Assembly: GCA_963771885.1 (NCBI GenBank)
Contig: CAVYVF010000007.1
Coordinates: forward strand, 96,001 to 160,000
Origin: Candidatus Bathyarchaeota archaeon
GTDB taxonomy: Archaea; Thermoproteota; Bathyarchaeia; TCS64
Direction of reading: 5' to 3'
Length of the DNA: 64,000 nucleotides
In this document: positions 40,445 through 52,274 of the stretch, piece after piece
How positions within the stretch are numbered: position 1 is the first letter of the stretch
How the letters are laid out: each line of letters begins with the position of its first letter
Notes under the pieces: model-generated
Told to the model about the DNA's origin: nothing
The model's database searches: none
The model's input: the letters and a program-made list of their open reading frames with translations, nothing else
Position numbers and translations under genes: made by a program

Positions 40445-41626
40445 TTGGCACACGAAGTCGGCTTCGTCTGGAGGGTGGCGGGCTACATGGCGGCACTATT
40501 CGCCACCTTCGTCGGCTACGGCATGATCCAGCCGCTGCTCTCGCTGCATACGAGCACCTTCGTCGGGACCTCATACATGCTCGTGGGTCTCCTGATCTCA
40601 ATGATAGGTCTCATAAAGGCGGGCTTTGGTCCTGTGAGCGGTTTTCTCTCCGATGTATATGGTCGTAAGAAGCTGGCCACCATCGGTGCCTGCGCCATCG
40701 CCGGCAGCATGGGGATCGTCTGGCTCTCAAGCTCCTCGACGATACTCGTCGCGGGTTTCCTCCTCTACGGCGTCGGGCAGGCGATGTTCTTCCTCGCCAT
40801 GATGACGTCGATGGTCGAGGCGGCTGGTGCAGAGAAGCGGGCCGTAGCTATGGGGCTCTACGAGGGGGGTAACGGCATCGCCATCATGGTTGGATTTGCG
40901 TCGTCTAGCTTCCTCGTGGGCATTCTCGGCGTCTCGGGGGTCTTCGGGGTCGCCGCAGCTTTCTCAGCCGTCTCCGCCCTTGTCTGCGTCTTCATACTGA
41001 GTGAGACCTCGCCGCCGAACGGGGCAAGGGGGCCGATGCTCGACATCAAGGGGATCAGGGCACTGATCACGCCAACGTACGTCTGCGCGATGTACTCCGC
41101 CTTCCTCTTCATGTACTACCAGAGCGCCTTCGGCGCCATTATCCCCCTCTACACGACACAGACGGGGCTCCTAACTGTTGGTGAGCTCTCGATGCTCTTC
41201 GTCTCCGTCGCCGGGGCAACGGCGCTGGGGTCTCTCCTCTCAGGGCCCGTCTCCGACCGCATGGGCAGAAGACTCCCCATCGTGGTTGGGATGGTCTTCA
41301 CCGCCCTCAGCTTCGCCGGACTCTATGTCGCAACATCGCCGGTGCTACTCGTCGCCTCCAGCCTAGCACTCGGCTTCGGCACCGGCTTCTTCCACCCCGT
41401 CGCGAGTGCCCTAGTCGCCGACATATCATCATCGGAGAACAGGGGAAAGGCCTTCGGCTTCTACCGCCTGATGAGGGACTTCGGCATGTTCGCCGGGCCA
41501 GCAGTCGCTGGATTCATCTCCGCCTTACTCGGGGTCGGTGCGCTGTTCCTACTAAACATCGCCCTCGCGGCGCTAGGCTGCCTTGTCGCCTTGATGGTCA
41601 TCAAAGAGACTCGTACTAAGCGGTAG
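40445..41626 (+). CDS. MFS transporter
   Basis: 12 TMs; GFLSDVYGRKK and GPVSDRMGRR motifs. Confidence 0.92.
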   Translation: MAHEVGFVWRVAGYMAALFATFVGYGMIQPLLSLHTSTFVGTSYMLVGLLISMIGLIKAGFGPVSGFLSDVYGRKKLATIGACAIAGSMGIVWLSSSSTILVAGFLLYGVGQAMFFLAMMTSMVEAAGAEKRAVAMGLYEGGNGIAIMVGFASSSFLVGILGVSGVFGVAAAFSAVSALVCVFILSETSPPNGARGPMLDIKGIRALITPTYVCAMYSAFLFMYYQSAFGAIIPLYTTQTGLLTVGELSMLFVSVAGATALGSLLSGPVSDRMGRRLPIVVGMVFTALSFAGLYVATSPVLLVASSLALGFGTGFFHPVASALVADISSSENRGKAFGFYRLMRDFGMFAGPAVAGFISALLGVGALFLLNIALAALGCLVALMVIKETRTKR

Positions 41627-41693
41627 ATACGTTCACCCGTATCCGGATGCGTCGCAGGTAAACGATATATCCTCCTTAACCTAACGCGAAACC

Positions 41694-42044
41694 ATGAAGC
41701 GGCAGAAGTACCGCGTAGTAAATGAGCACAAGGCTTCCTTCCCATACTCTATGGTCGCCGTAGAAGGCGACTATGTATCCATTGGTAAGGAGGACCCCGA
41801 GATGCCGGGATGGTATTGGTGCAAGGACAAGAAAGGCGTCGAGATGTGGGTGCCCTCAACCTACCTCAAGATCGAAGGCGCGAAAGGCACATTCACACAG
41901 GACTATAATTCTAGAGAGCTAGACACCGCTGTCGGCGACGTGATCCAATACCTCAGTGAGACTCTTGGCTGGGTAGAGTGCCTAAACTCTGAGTGGAAAT
42001 ACGGCTGGATACCTGCGAACAAGCTCACCCACGTAACTCCTTAA
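41694..42044 (+). CDS. Tandem SH3-like domain protein
   Basis: Two repeats: EGD..GWYWC..WVPSTYL and DYNSREL..VGD..GW...GWIP. Confidence 0.75.
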   Translation: MKRQKYRVVNEHKASFPYSMVAVEGDYVSIGKEDPEMPGWYWCKDKKGVEMWVPSTYLKIEGAKGTFTQDYNSRELDTAVGDVIQYLSETLGWVECLNSEWKYGWIPANKLTHVTP

Positions 42045-42277
42045 ACTCCTCTTGAATGTGTAATGATATCTACACCGATGAAATGTTTACATTATACTCG
42101 GTGAAAGTCGATGTGGAACCAAACTAGGGTAGATGGCGTATTGGTGACTCTGAATCTTCCGAAGGTTAGCCACACGTATATCCCTATGATCACTTCGGGT
42201 TATCCCATAGCTGCATTGGCCGCATTGTGTTCCGTTAGGATGCCCCGTAGAGGAACAGATGCGAGAGGTTACGATGT

Positions 42278-43300
42278 ATGAACTCCCCTGCGAAGATGAT
42301 AGTAATCGTGGTATTCGTTATCGTGGCGATGGCAACGATAGGCTACGGGGCTTGGCTTTACATGAATTCGTCAGGTGACTATCAGGGGAATATCGAGTCG
42401 ATAACCGTCTCCCACCCAATGTTCGAGTCCATGACCCTGTTCTGGGTTGCTGAGGAGCAGGGTTTCTTCTTGAGAAACGGCTTGAACGTCACCTCCCAAG
42501 TGTATGCCAGCGGGGTGGAGGCGCTTGCCGCCGTCGAGACTGGGGATGCTGATATTTCTATAGGCGTAGCTGAGTTCCCACTGGCCGTGAGGGCTCTTCG
42601 AGGAGAGAATCTTTGTACGTTCGCGGTTGTCGATAAAGCTGAGTTCGTCTACCTCGTAGGGCGCGCTGACCGAGATATTATATCTGTATCCGACTTGGCG
42701 GGTAAGAAGATCGGCATTGTATCCGGGACAATAGCCGAGTTTTACCTCGGAAGAACCCTCGAACTACAAGGTATGAGCATCCGAAACGTGACCCTTGTCG
42801 ACTTAAAGACACCTGAGGAGTGGGTCAGCGCGATCGTAGAGGGGAATGTCGATGCGGTTTCGATAGCCCAACCTTCCGTGAACATAATAATCGAAGGCCT
42901 GGGCGGAGACGCTGTCATCCTGCCAGTGCAGAGCAGCCAGCTCATGTACGTGTTGGCGATCTCAACCGACGACTGGGTGAGGAGTAACCCCGAGATCATC
43001 GACAGGTTCCTGAAAGCACTAAATCAGGCCGAAAAATACACACTCAACAATCCCTCACAGGCAAAGGCACTGGTAAAGGAAAAGATGGACTTCACGGATA
43101 AGTACATTGAGACCGTGTGGAACCAGAATCAGTACACACTCTCGCTCGACCAGACGCTTGTCCTCGCCATGGAGGACGAGGCTCGATGGATGATCGTAAA
43201 CGGCCTCACAGACGAGACGGAGATACCCAACTTTCTTAATAACGTCTACGAGGACGCGCTCAAGGCCTTGAAACCTGAGTCAGTCAACATCATTCGATGA
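42278..43300 (+). CDS. NMT1/SsuA-type substrate-binding protein, membrane-anchored
   Basis: N-terminal TM; WVAEEQGFF..NGL, DLAGKKIG, GNVDA, RFLKAL. Confidence 0.85.
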   Translation: MNSPAKMIVIVVFVIVAMATIGYGAWLYMNSSGDYQGNIESITVSHPMFESMTLFWVAEEQGFFLRNGLNVTSQVYASGVEALAAVETGDADISIGVAEFPLAVRALRGENLCTFAVVDKAEFVYLVGRADRDIISVSDLAGKKIGIVSGTIAEFYLGRTLELQGMSIRNVTLVDLKTPEEWVSAIVEGNVDAVSIAQPSVNIIIEGLGGDAVILPVQSSQLMYVLAISTDDWVRSNPEIIDRFLKALNQAEKYTLNNPSQAKALVKEKMDFTDKYIETVWNQNQYTLSLDQTLVLAMEDEARWMIVNGLTDETEIPNFLNNVYEDALKALKPESVNIIR

Positions 43301-43304
43301 GGTA

Positions 43305-45293
43305 GTGAGTATGAAGCTCAAGATACAGTTCATCGCTGGTATGGCGGTCTTCGGCACGATCGTGTTGATTGTTGCCGCCTCAGTGGCCTACACGAACAGC
43401 CAGATAGCACAGCTCAACGGGCAGGTTGAGATCGCGAGGAGGATCGAGCGGGGAACAGCGGATCTAAGCTACCTCTCAAACGACTACTTCCTCTACCAGG
43501 AGAGCCAACAGCTTGACCGCTGGCAGTCAAAGTTTATGACACTCAATAGCGACATCGCTAGTTTGGATCCGACGAGTGATAGGGGACTGACGCTAGCTGC
43601 AAATTTGGAGGAGGATATCCTGAGGCTGGAAACCGTCTTCGGCGATGTCGTAACGTATCTCGACAACGCGCCGAGAAACGTAAGTGTTAGAGTCGACCCA
43701 GAGTTCCAGGTAGCATGGAGGCGGATGGCGGTCCAGACCCAGACTCTGTCCTTCGACGCGTCACAGTTATCCCAGATTCTACTTTTACAGGTCGACCAAG
43801 CACAACAAACCAACATACTCCTCATCCTCACGCTATTCGGCGTCTTCGGGGTCTACTTCCTCACAAACTACATGTTCATGTATCGTCGGACACTGCGATC
43901 AATCTCAGAGCTTCAGGCTGGGGTGGGCATAATCGGCTCCGGTAACTTCGACTACATCATTCCACCTAAATCCGATGACGAGATCGGGGAACTCTCTCAA
44001 TCCTTCAACAAGATGACGACCAACCTTAAGCTTGTGACCGCCTCAAAAACCGAGCTGGAGAGGGAGGTCACTGTTAGAAAGAAGGCCGAGGAGCAGCTCC
44101 GTAAAAGCAACGATGAACTGGTCGTGAAAGAGGAAGCTCTCAGGGCGTCCTATGATGAGCTCTCCGCCATCAACGAGGAGCTCGCTGCTACCGAGGAGGA
44201 GCTGAGAACCGCTAACGAGCGGGTGCAGGAACATGCCGGCAAGCTTGAAGTGCTCGTTGAGGAGCGGACTGCGAAGCTCCATGAAAGTGAGGAGCGCCTA
44301 CGAGGTTTCATGAACTCGGCGACTGAGGGATTCGCCATCTACGACGGGGCGATGAACCTCGTCGAGGTGAACAAGCTCGTCATCGACAGATTTCTACCCG
44401 GAACTCGTCGAGAGGATGTCATCGGAAGGAACATTAACGAGCTCTACCCTGGCATCGTGGAGACCGAGTGGTACAGCGTTTACCTAGATGTGATTGAAAC
44501 TAGTGAACCGAGGCGCATCGAGAGGATGATGGGCGCAGGGGCTCTCAGCGATAGGATACTGGAGGCTTCTGTTTTCAAGGTGGGCGATGGTATCGGCGTC
44601 ATTTCAAGAGACGTCACTGATGTAGTTAATCTTGAGGATCGGCTGAGGAAATCCGAGAGCATCGAGGCGGTCGGGAAGCTGACTGCGATGCTCGCCCACG
44701 ACCTCCGAAATCCGTTGAACTTCATAAGCCAGGCCTCTGAGCTGGCGAGGAATCAACCGGAGAAGGCTGACAGGATGCTCAAGCTCATCGGTGAGAGCGC
44801 CGCTAGGTCGCTGAGTATGATTGAAAACCTGCGCGCCAGCACCAGGGAGATAAGCATTCAGAAGGTCAGTACCGACCTCGTCAAACTTATTGAGAAGATT
44901 GTCGAGGAGACCCGCGTCCCAGAGAACATCCGCCTTGAGATACTCGTCGGCAAGGGGCTGGGGAGGGTCAACCTCGATGCTGGGTTAGTGAGGAGAGTGC
45001 TCGACAACCTCATCAGCAACGCCGTCGAGGTCATGCCAGATGGCGGCGTGATAAAAATAAGGGCATCCTCGGAGGGTGGAAGCGTACGGATCGACGTCGT
45101 CGACACGGGCGCGGGTATCACAGACGAGGCTATGCCCCACATCTTCGAGTCCTTTTACACGACGAAGGCGAAGGGGCTGGGTCTCGGCCTTCCCTTCAGC
45201 AGAAGGGCGGTGGAGGCACACGGGGGGACCCTGTCGTTCACCACGCGACATGAGGTGGGGACAACGTTCACTGTGGTCCTCCCGATGCGTTGA
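43305..45293 (+). CDS. Membrane sensor histidine kinase (2 TM, HAMP, coiled coil, PAS, HisKA, HATPase)
   Basis: DEIGELSQSF (HAMP), LAHDLRNPL, NLISNA, DTGAGI, FYTTK, GLGLGL. Confidence 0.92.
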   Translation: MSMKLKIQFIAGMAVFGTIVLIVAASVAYTNSQIAQLNGQVEIARRIERGTADLSYLSNDYFLYQESQQLDRWQSKFMTLNSDIASLDPTSDRGLTLAANLEEDILRLETVFGDVVTYLDNAPRNVSVRVDPEFQVAWRRMAVQTQTLSFDASQLSQILLLQVDQAQQTNILLILTLFGVFGVYFLTNYMFMYRRTLRSISELQAGVGIIGSGNFDYIIPPKSDDEIGELSQSFNKMTTNLKLVTASKTELEREVTVRKKAEEQLRKSNDELVVKEEALRASYDELSAINEELAATEEELRTANERVQEHAGKLEVLVEERTAKLHESEERLRGFMNSATEGFAIYDGAMNLVEVNKLVIDRFLPGTRREDVIGRNINELYPGIVETEWYSVYLDVIETSEPRRIERMMGAGALSDRILEASVFKVGDGIGVISRDVTDVVNLEDRLRKSESIEAVGKLTAMLAHDLRNPLNFISQASELARNQPEKADRMLKLIGESAARSLSMIENLRASTREISIQKVSTDLVKLIEKIVEETRVPENIRLEILVGKGLGRVNLDAGLVRRVLDNLISNAVEVMPDGGVIKIRASSEGGSVRIDVVDTGAGITDEAMPHIFESFYTTKAKGLGLGLPFSRRAVEAHGGTLSFTTRHEVGTTFTVVLPMR

Positions 45294-45386
45294 CGAAGCG
45301 CGCGCGTGGAGACGGTTTAACTAGTGCGAATGCGTCGATGCGCGGTTTTAAAAGCATTATCCAGGTATCCTTTCAACGGTGCTGTT

Positions 45387-46229
45387 ATGCCGATAGTTTT
45401 ACCGAAGGGAAAGAAGTGCGCCGTCGTCCTCAGCTGGGACTTTGATGCAATGTCAGCGTTCGTCCTACGCGGCGAGACGACTCCCACATTGATAAGTCAG
45501 GGCGAGTTCGGCCCGAGGGTCGGCGTCCCGAGGGTGCTCGACCTCTGCGACAAGTACAACTTCAAGACTACCTTCTTCGTCCCCGCGTGGACCATTGAGG
45601 TCTACCCAGAGTTGACGAAGAAGATATTTGATAAGGGCCACGAGATCGGCCACCACATGTGGTGCCACGAGGACGCGCCGCAGCTCAGCTACGAGAAGGA
45701 GCTGGAGCTGATGGAGAAGGCGAACGAAGTGATAAAGAGGGTCACCGGCAAGTACCCCGTCGGTAACCGCAGCGGCGGCTTCGCCAACAGCAATAATACG
45801 ATAAAGCTGATGGAGGACCACGGTTTCCTCTACGACAGCACTCAGATGGGTGACGATTTCCACCCCTACAAGTGCAGGGTTGGTGACCACGGCTCACCAC
45901 AGGAGCCATGGGTCTTTGGCAAGCAGTCCAACATCATCGAGCTGCCAATCAGTTGGTACATGGACGACTATCCCCACTTCGAGTACCGCAGGGCTCCCCT
46001 TAACCCGGGTCTGCATTCTCCAAGCGATGTCTTCGAGGTTTGGAGCCAAGAGTTCGACTATATGTACGAAAACGAGGAGAACGGCGTCTACGTGCTGACG
46101 CTGCACCCCTATATCAGCGGCAGGGCTCACAGGATAATGATGATTGAAAGACTTATCCAGCACATGATGAGGAAGCCCGGTGTCTGGTTCACCCGCTGCG
46201 AGGACGTCGCCCGCTGCTGGAAGGATTAG
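45387..46229 (+). CDS. Polysaccharide deacetylase family (CE4, PuuE/PgdA-like)
   Basis: SWDFD, TTFFVP, GHEIGHHMWCHE, YDST, LTLHP..SGRAHR. Confidence 0.88.
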   Translation: MPIVLPKGKKCAVVLSWDFDAMSAFVLRGETTPTLISQGEFGPRVGVPRVLDLCDKYNFKTTFFVPAWTIEVYPELTKKIFDKGHEIGHHMWCHEDAPQLSYEKELELMEKANEVIKRVTGKYPVGNRSGGFANSNNTIKLMEDHGFLYDSTQMGDDFHPYKCRVGDHGSPQEPWVFGKQSNIIELPISWYMDDYPHFEYRRAPLNPGLHSPSDVFEVWSQEFDYMYENEENGVYVLTLHPYISGRAHRIMMIERLIQHMMRKPGVWFTRCEDVARCWKD

Positions 46230-46297
46230 ACTCATCACGTGAATCGAGTTTTACTTGTTTTTTCGCAGCTCCTGAATCGGTTTAGCTGCTCTCTAGC

Positions 46298-46969
46298 TTA
46301 CTGTAGCGGGATGAGTCTAATTGCCTTCGTCGGGCAGATGTCGACGCATAGGCCACAACCGAAGCAGATGTCCTTATTGAACTCGAGCTTGCCGTCGACG
46401 ATCTTGCGAGCACCGAACTGGCACCGTGTAATACAAGCACCACAGTCGGTGCACGCCTCCGGGTTCGTTAGTGTTGTGGCTATTGACTTGACGAGGTGAG
46501 TGTTCTTACCAACTTTGAGGGTGGCGCCCCAGACGCTGCAGGCGCATGAGCAGCAATTGCATATGTAGTTGACTCCCTCGGGCTTCGGCGTGTCCGTCCT
46601 CGTGTAAGCCATTGGGACGAGGCCCGCCTCGTGTGCCATCTCAACGACCTTGATGGCCTGCTCCTTCGTTATCTCCCTCGCTTTGCCCCTGCTGATCTGG
46701 AGCTCCGCGGCGTCGTTTAGTTGGAGGCAGGTCTCCAGTGGGTGGTCGCACACCTTCCGCTTTGTCCTGCATACGCAGTCCTTGACCGAGATCCTCCTAG
46801 CCTTGTCTATGTAGCCCCTGACGCTGTCGAGGTTGAGTACCGTGTTGCTCAGCTTGATCTCCTCGAAGATAGGGAGGGCTATTCCCGCGGCTATGTTGTA
46901 CGAGTCGGCTATCGCCGACTCTTGGTCGGCCTCGTCGAGGAACGGTGGGACGTGCTTCTTCTGCGGCAT
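46298..46969 (-). CDS. 4Fe-4S ferredoxin-domain protein
   Basis: CVCR...C...C, ICNCCSCAC, two CxxCxxCxxxC motifs. Confidence 0.88.
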   Translation of the reverse strand: MPQKKHVPPFLDEADQESAIADSYNIAAGIALPIFEEIKLSNTVLNLDSVRGYIDKARRISVKDCVCRTKRKVCDHPLETCLQLNDAAELQISRGKAREITKEQAIKVVEMAHEAGLVPMAYTRTDTPKPEGVNYICNCCSCACSVWGATLKVGKNTHLVKSIATTLTNPEACTDCGACITRCQFGARKIVDGKLEFNKDICFGCGLCVDICPTKAIRLIPLQ

Positions 46970-47078
46970 ACTGCTTCAACTACCCCGAAGATAGCAACTC
47001 ACTTAACCGCGATGGTTAAAAAATTAACCATGGAGGCTTCGGACTCTTTTTACTCCGCGGTCCAATCCTTCTCAGGGT

Positions 47079-48320
47079 ATGAGGCTCGCGATAGTGGGCG
47101 CCGGCATCAGGGGGTGCAGCTCTGCCTACTTCGCTCACAGGCTCATGCCGTCGCTCGATATTACCATCTACGAGCGATCGGACCGGGTCGGCGGCCGCGT
47201 CTACGGTGTGAACATCGACGACGAGTGGGTCGAGGTGGGAGCCTCATTCTTCAAGGGCGGTCACAGGCTGCTCATCGGGCTCCTCACTGAACTCGGCATA
47301 AAGGTGAGCCCGGTCACCCGCCCAAGGTCGATCGGAGTCTGGGACGGCGAGAAATTCACACTCAAAATAGACAACTCAGTCGTAGCTGCCATACGTTTAC
47401 TCACGCGTCACCCCTGCGACATCCTGAGGCTATATTTGATGCTCCGTGAGCTGGGTAGTAGAAACCGAGCCCTCTACAGCGAAGTGGAGAGCCACCCTAG
47501 GGAGTGGGACGAGCTCTACGCAACCGCAGGGATCAACGAGTGGCTTGAAAAGACGTTGGAGGAGACACTGCTCGAACGAGGAATCCACCCACGTTTCATC
47601 CATGACGTGGTGGAGCCGGTAATCCGCGTCATCTACAATCAGGCGAGCTCGATGAACGCCTACGCTGGGCTCTTCACGGTGGACATCTTGAATGGACGGA
47701 CATACAAGGTCGTCTCCGGCAACGAGGTCATCCCACGGAGGCTTGCAGAGGTTTCGGGTGCCACAGTGAGGCTGGGCACAGAGGTCAAAGGCATCACAAA
47801 GGGTAACGATGGTAAATACGCAGTCTCTGGAGAGGGCTTCTCAGACGAGTACGACGCGGTCATCATAGCAAATCCCGACGCCTGCCATCTGATACCTGGA
47901 TGCCTACCTGTGAAGTATCAGCGTGTATACGTACGGATCATACGTGGCACGTTGAGGGATTCTTATTTCAAACTCCGCTCCGGGCAAAATCTCCCTGAAA
48001 CCATTGCGTCGACCCGTGAGGTCCCCTGGACCCACATCATTAAGCTCCCATCTGCAGAGGTCAAGTCTTTATACAGTATCGCCTCCCCGACTCCTATAGA
48101 CTACCTCGAAGACATCTTCGCTGAGCACGAGGTGGTCTTCGAGCACGACTGGGAAAAGGCATATCCCGTCCTTGAGCCTGTAAGGGAGTTGCCCAGATGC
48201 AATGTTGGGCGTCTCCTCTACTACCCGAGCTACTCCGAGTCCGCCGTATCTGCAATGGAGTCGTCGGTTCTCTCCGCCCTCAACTGCGTGAACAAGCTGA
48301 AACGCGACTTGGAACGCTGA
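47079..48320 (+). CDS. Prenylcysteine oxidase/lyase-like FAD-dependent oxidoreductase
   Basis: AIVGAGIRG..SAYF, VGGR, EVGAS, PVIRVIYNQ..MNAYAG, GNEVI, W.AYP, LYY...ESAVSAMESS.LSALN. Confidence 0.75.
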   Translation: MRLAIVGAGIRGCSSAYFAHRLMPSLDITIYERSDRVGGRVYGVNIDDEWVEVGASFFKGGHRLLIGLLTELGIKVSPVTRPRSIGVWDGEKFTLKIDNSVVAAIRLLTRHPCDILRLYLMLRELGSRNRALYSEVESHPREWDELYATAGINEWLEKTLEETLLERGIHPRFIHDVVEPVIRVIYNQASSMNAYAGLFTVDILNGRTYKVVSGNEVIPRRLAEVSGATVRLGTEVKGITKGNDGKYAVSGEGFSDEYDAVIIANPDACHLIPGCLPVKYQRVYVRIIRGTLRDSYFKLRSGQNLPETIASTREVPWTHIIKLPSAEVKSLYSIASPTPIDYLEDIFAEHEVVFEHDWEKAYPVLEPVRELPRCNVGRLLYYPSYSESAVSAMESSVLSALNCVNKLKRDLER

Positions 48321-48372
48321 TGTTTTTAACGCATTGGCGGCTCAGTGAAGTGGAGCAATCGGAGGAGTCTGA

Positions 48373-49357
48373 GTGAAGGTCATCGACGTCCATAACCACA
48401 TCAACCCACGGCCCTTCCTCGATGCCGTGAAGGCCGGCCGCAGCTGGCACGGCTTCACAGCCAAGCAGGGTGAGCTAGAGAACCCGAGGAACAGCTGGGA
48501 CTCTCGAGGAACGCATCAGAGAGATGGATGAACTCGGCGTGGGAATGCAGGTGCTCACCGTCTACGGCGACTTCAACAAGTATGATCTCGCGCCTGCCAA
48601 GGCGAAAGCGGTCTTCGAGGCATGCAACGATGAGGTGGCGGCGATGGTCGACGACCACTCAGACCGTTTCGTGGGGATGGGTATACTCCCTATGCAGGAC
48701 CCTGATGCCGCCGTGGTTGAACTCGAGCGCGTCGTCAAGAACCTCGGCTTCAAGGGCGTGACGATAAAAGACCACATACTCGGGCACACTCTCGATGAGC
48801 CACAGTTCATCCCCTTCTGGGAGACGGCCGAGCGGCTCGGCGCCGTCGTCGAGTTCCACCAGGGTAGCACAATCGTCTTCGAGCGGATCCCACGCTACTT
48901 CCTCGAGAACACCGTTGGCAACCTCGTCGAGAGGACGCTCACGTACGGCGCACTCGTGCAGGGAGGCGTAATGGACCGCTTCCCCGAGCTGAAGGTCTGC
49001 CTCCTCCACGGAGGCGGCTACGTCGCCTTCGCCATAGCCCGCATGGACAAGGGCTGGGAGGCGGCAAAGCTCGACTACATGGTCAAATACTCTGCCGAAG
49101 AGAGCCGCCAATCCCTCCCGAAGCCCCCTAGCAGTTATGTTGGACGCTTCTACTACGACTGCGCCACCTTCAGCGAACCTACACTCCGCTTCCTGATAGA
49201 CGCCGTGGGAATAGATAGAGTCGTCTTCGGCACCGACTATCCTTGCCCAATGGAGATGATAGACTCCGTCAACTGGATCAACGGCTTAAAGAGCCTCACG
49301 GAGTCAGAGAAAAAAGCGATTCTCGTGGATAACCCCGCCAAAATGCTAAGCATGTAA
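48373..49357 (+). CDS. Amidohydrolase family 2 (ACMSD-like), one frameshift at ~48498
   Basis: GTG 48373 gives KVIDVHNH; an extra G in tggg shifts to the frame with EFHQG, LHGGG, VFGTDYP. Confidence 0.85.
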
Positions 49358-49475
49358 CTCGTCAATCATAGCCAACCTTCTTTCTTCACAAGCCTTTAAC
49401 AAGATCTTATCTTGGTTGATGCTTAGCCTCAACCAATCTGGACCATTATCTTATCCTATACGGGCCTTACATTAA

Positions 49476-49775
49476 ATGATCAATATGTTGTACCTTCTAT
49501 TCTGGGAGCAGAAGGAGATGCCCCCGGGTGAACGCGAAAAATTCTCCCAAAAAGCCAGAGAGGAACGTGGAAAAGAAGAGAAATATGGTAAAGAGATCCT
49601 ACCTCCACACTTCTACGAAACTGGAAAAGGCATCACAATTATAGAAATAGATGAACCTAAGCAACTAGCGAATAGAATGGCCCTAATAGCGCCGTATACG
49701 ACCATCAAGGCTCTTCCCCTCATCAGGACAACGACTTTCAGCGAATCCGTAAAAGAAATCCATCACATGAAATAA
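49476..49775 (+). CDS. Small hypothetical protein (DUF3303-like)
   Basis: 99 aa; MLYLLFW..., GKGITIIE, ferredoxin-like alpha/beta pattern. Confidence 0.6.
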   Translation: MINMLYLLFWEQKEMPPGEREKFSQKAREERGKEEKYGKEILPPHFYETGKGITIIEIDEPKQLANRMALIAPYTTIKALPLIRTTTFSESVKEIHHMK

Positions 49776-49936
49776 CTATTCCCCTGTGCCTGATCGATTT
49801 TACCCGAGTTAATAGAAATATTAGATAACATATTGGTAGACCGTTAACGACGCCGTAGTTGCCACTTCTGTCCGAAATATCGGGTGTTAATAAAAATCAT
49901 ATTATTTATGTACAATTTCACTAGTGCACACATAGT

Positions 49937-49952
49937 TAAATAATATTATTTA
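49937..49952. promoter_or_regulatory. Perfect 16-bp palindrome upstream of katG (candidate operator)
   Basis: TAAATAATATTATTTA; a 14/16 copy AAAATCATATTATTTA lies at 49893-49908. Confidence 0.45.
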
Positions 49953-49983
49953 CAATTAAAATGTGAACTCTTGTTTAATGTGA

Positions 49984-52167
<2,184 letters not shown>

Positions 52168-52274
52168 TCATAAGCGCATAAAACTCCCTCCTCTTTGATC
52201 TGTGCGCTAAAATGAACACCTTCAAATTATTTGCTCAACTACAATTATCGTGATTAGGCAGAGGAGAATTCTCA

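Noticed and set aside
1320..48320. Prenyltransferase-repeat protein + CPBP protease + prenylcysteine oxidase as an archaeal prenylation pathway
   Set aside because: The genes are 8-37 kb apart, the first two families are widespread in prokaryotes with unrelated roles, and nothing links them.
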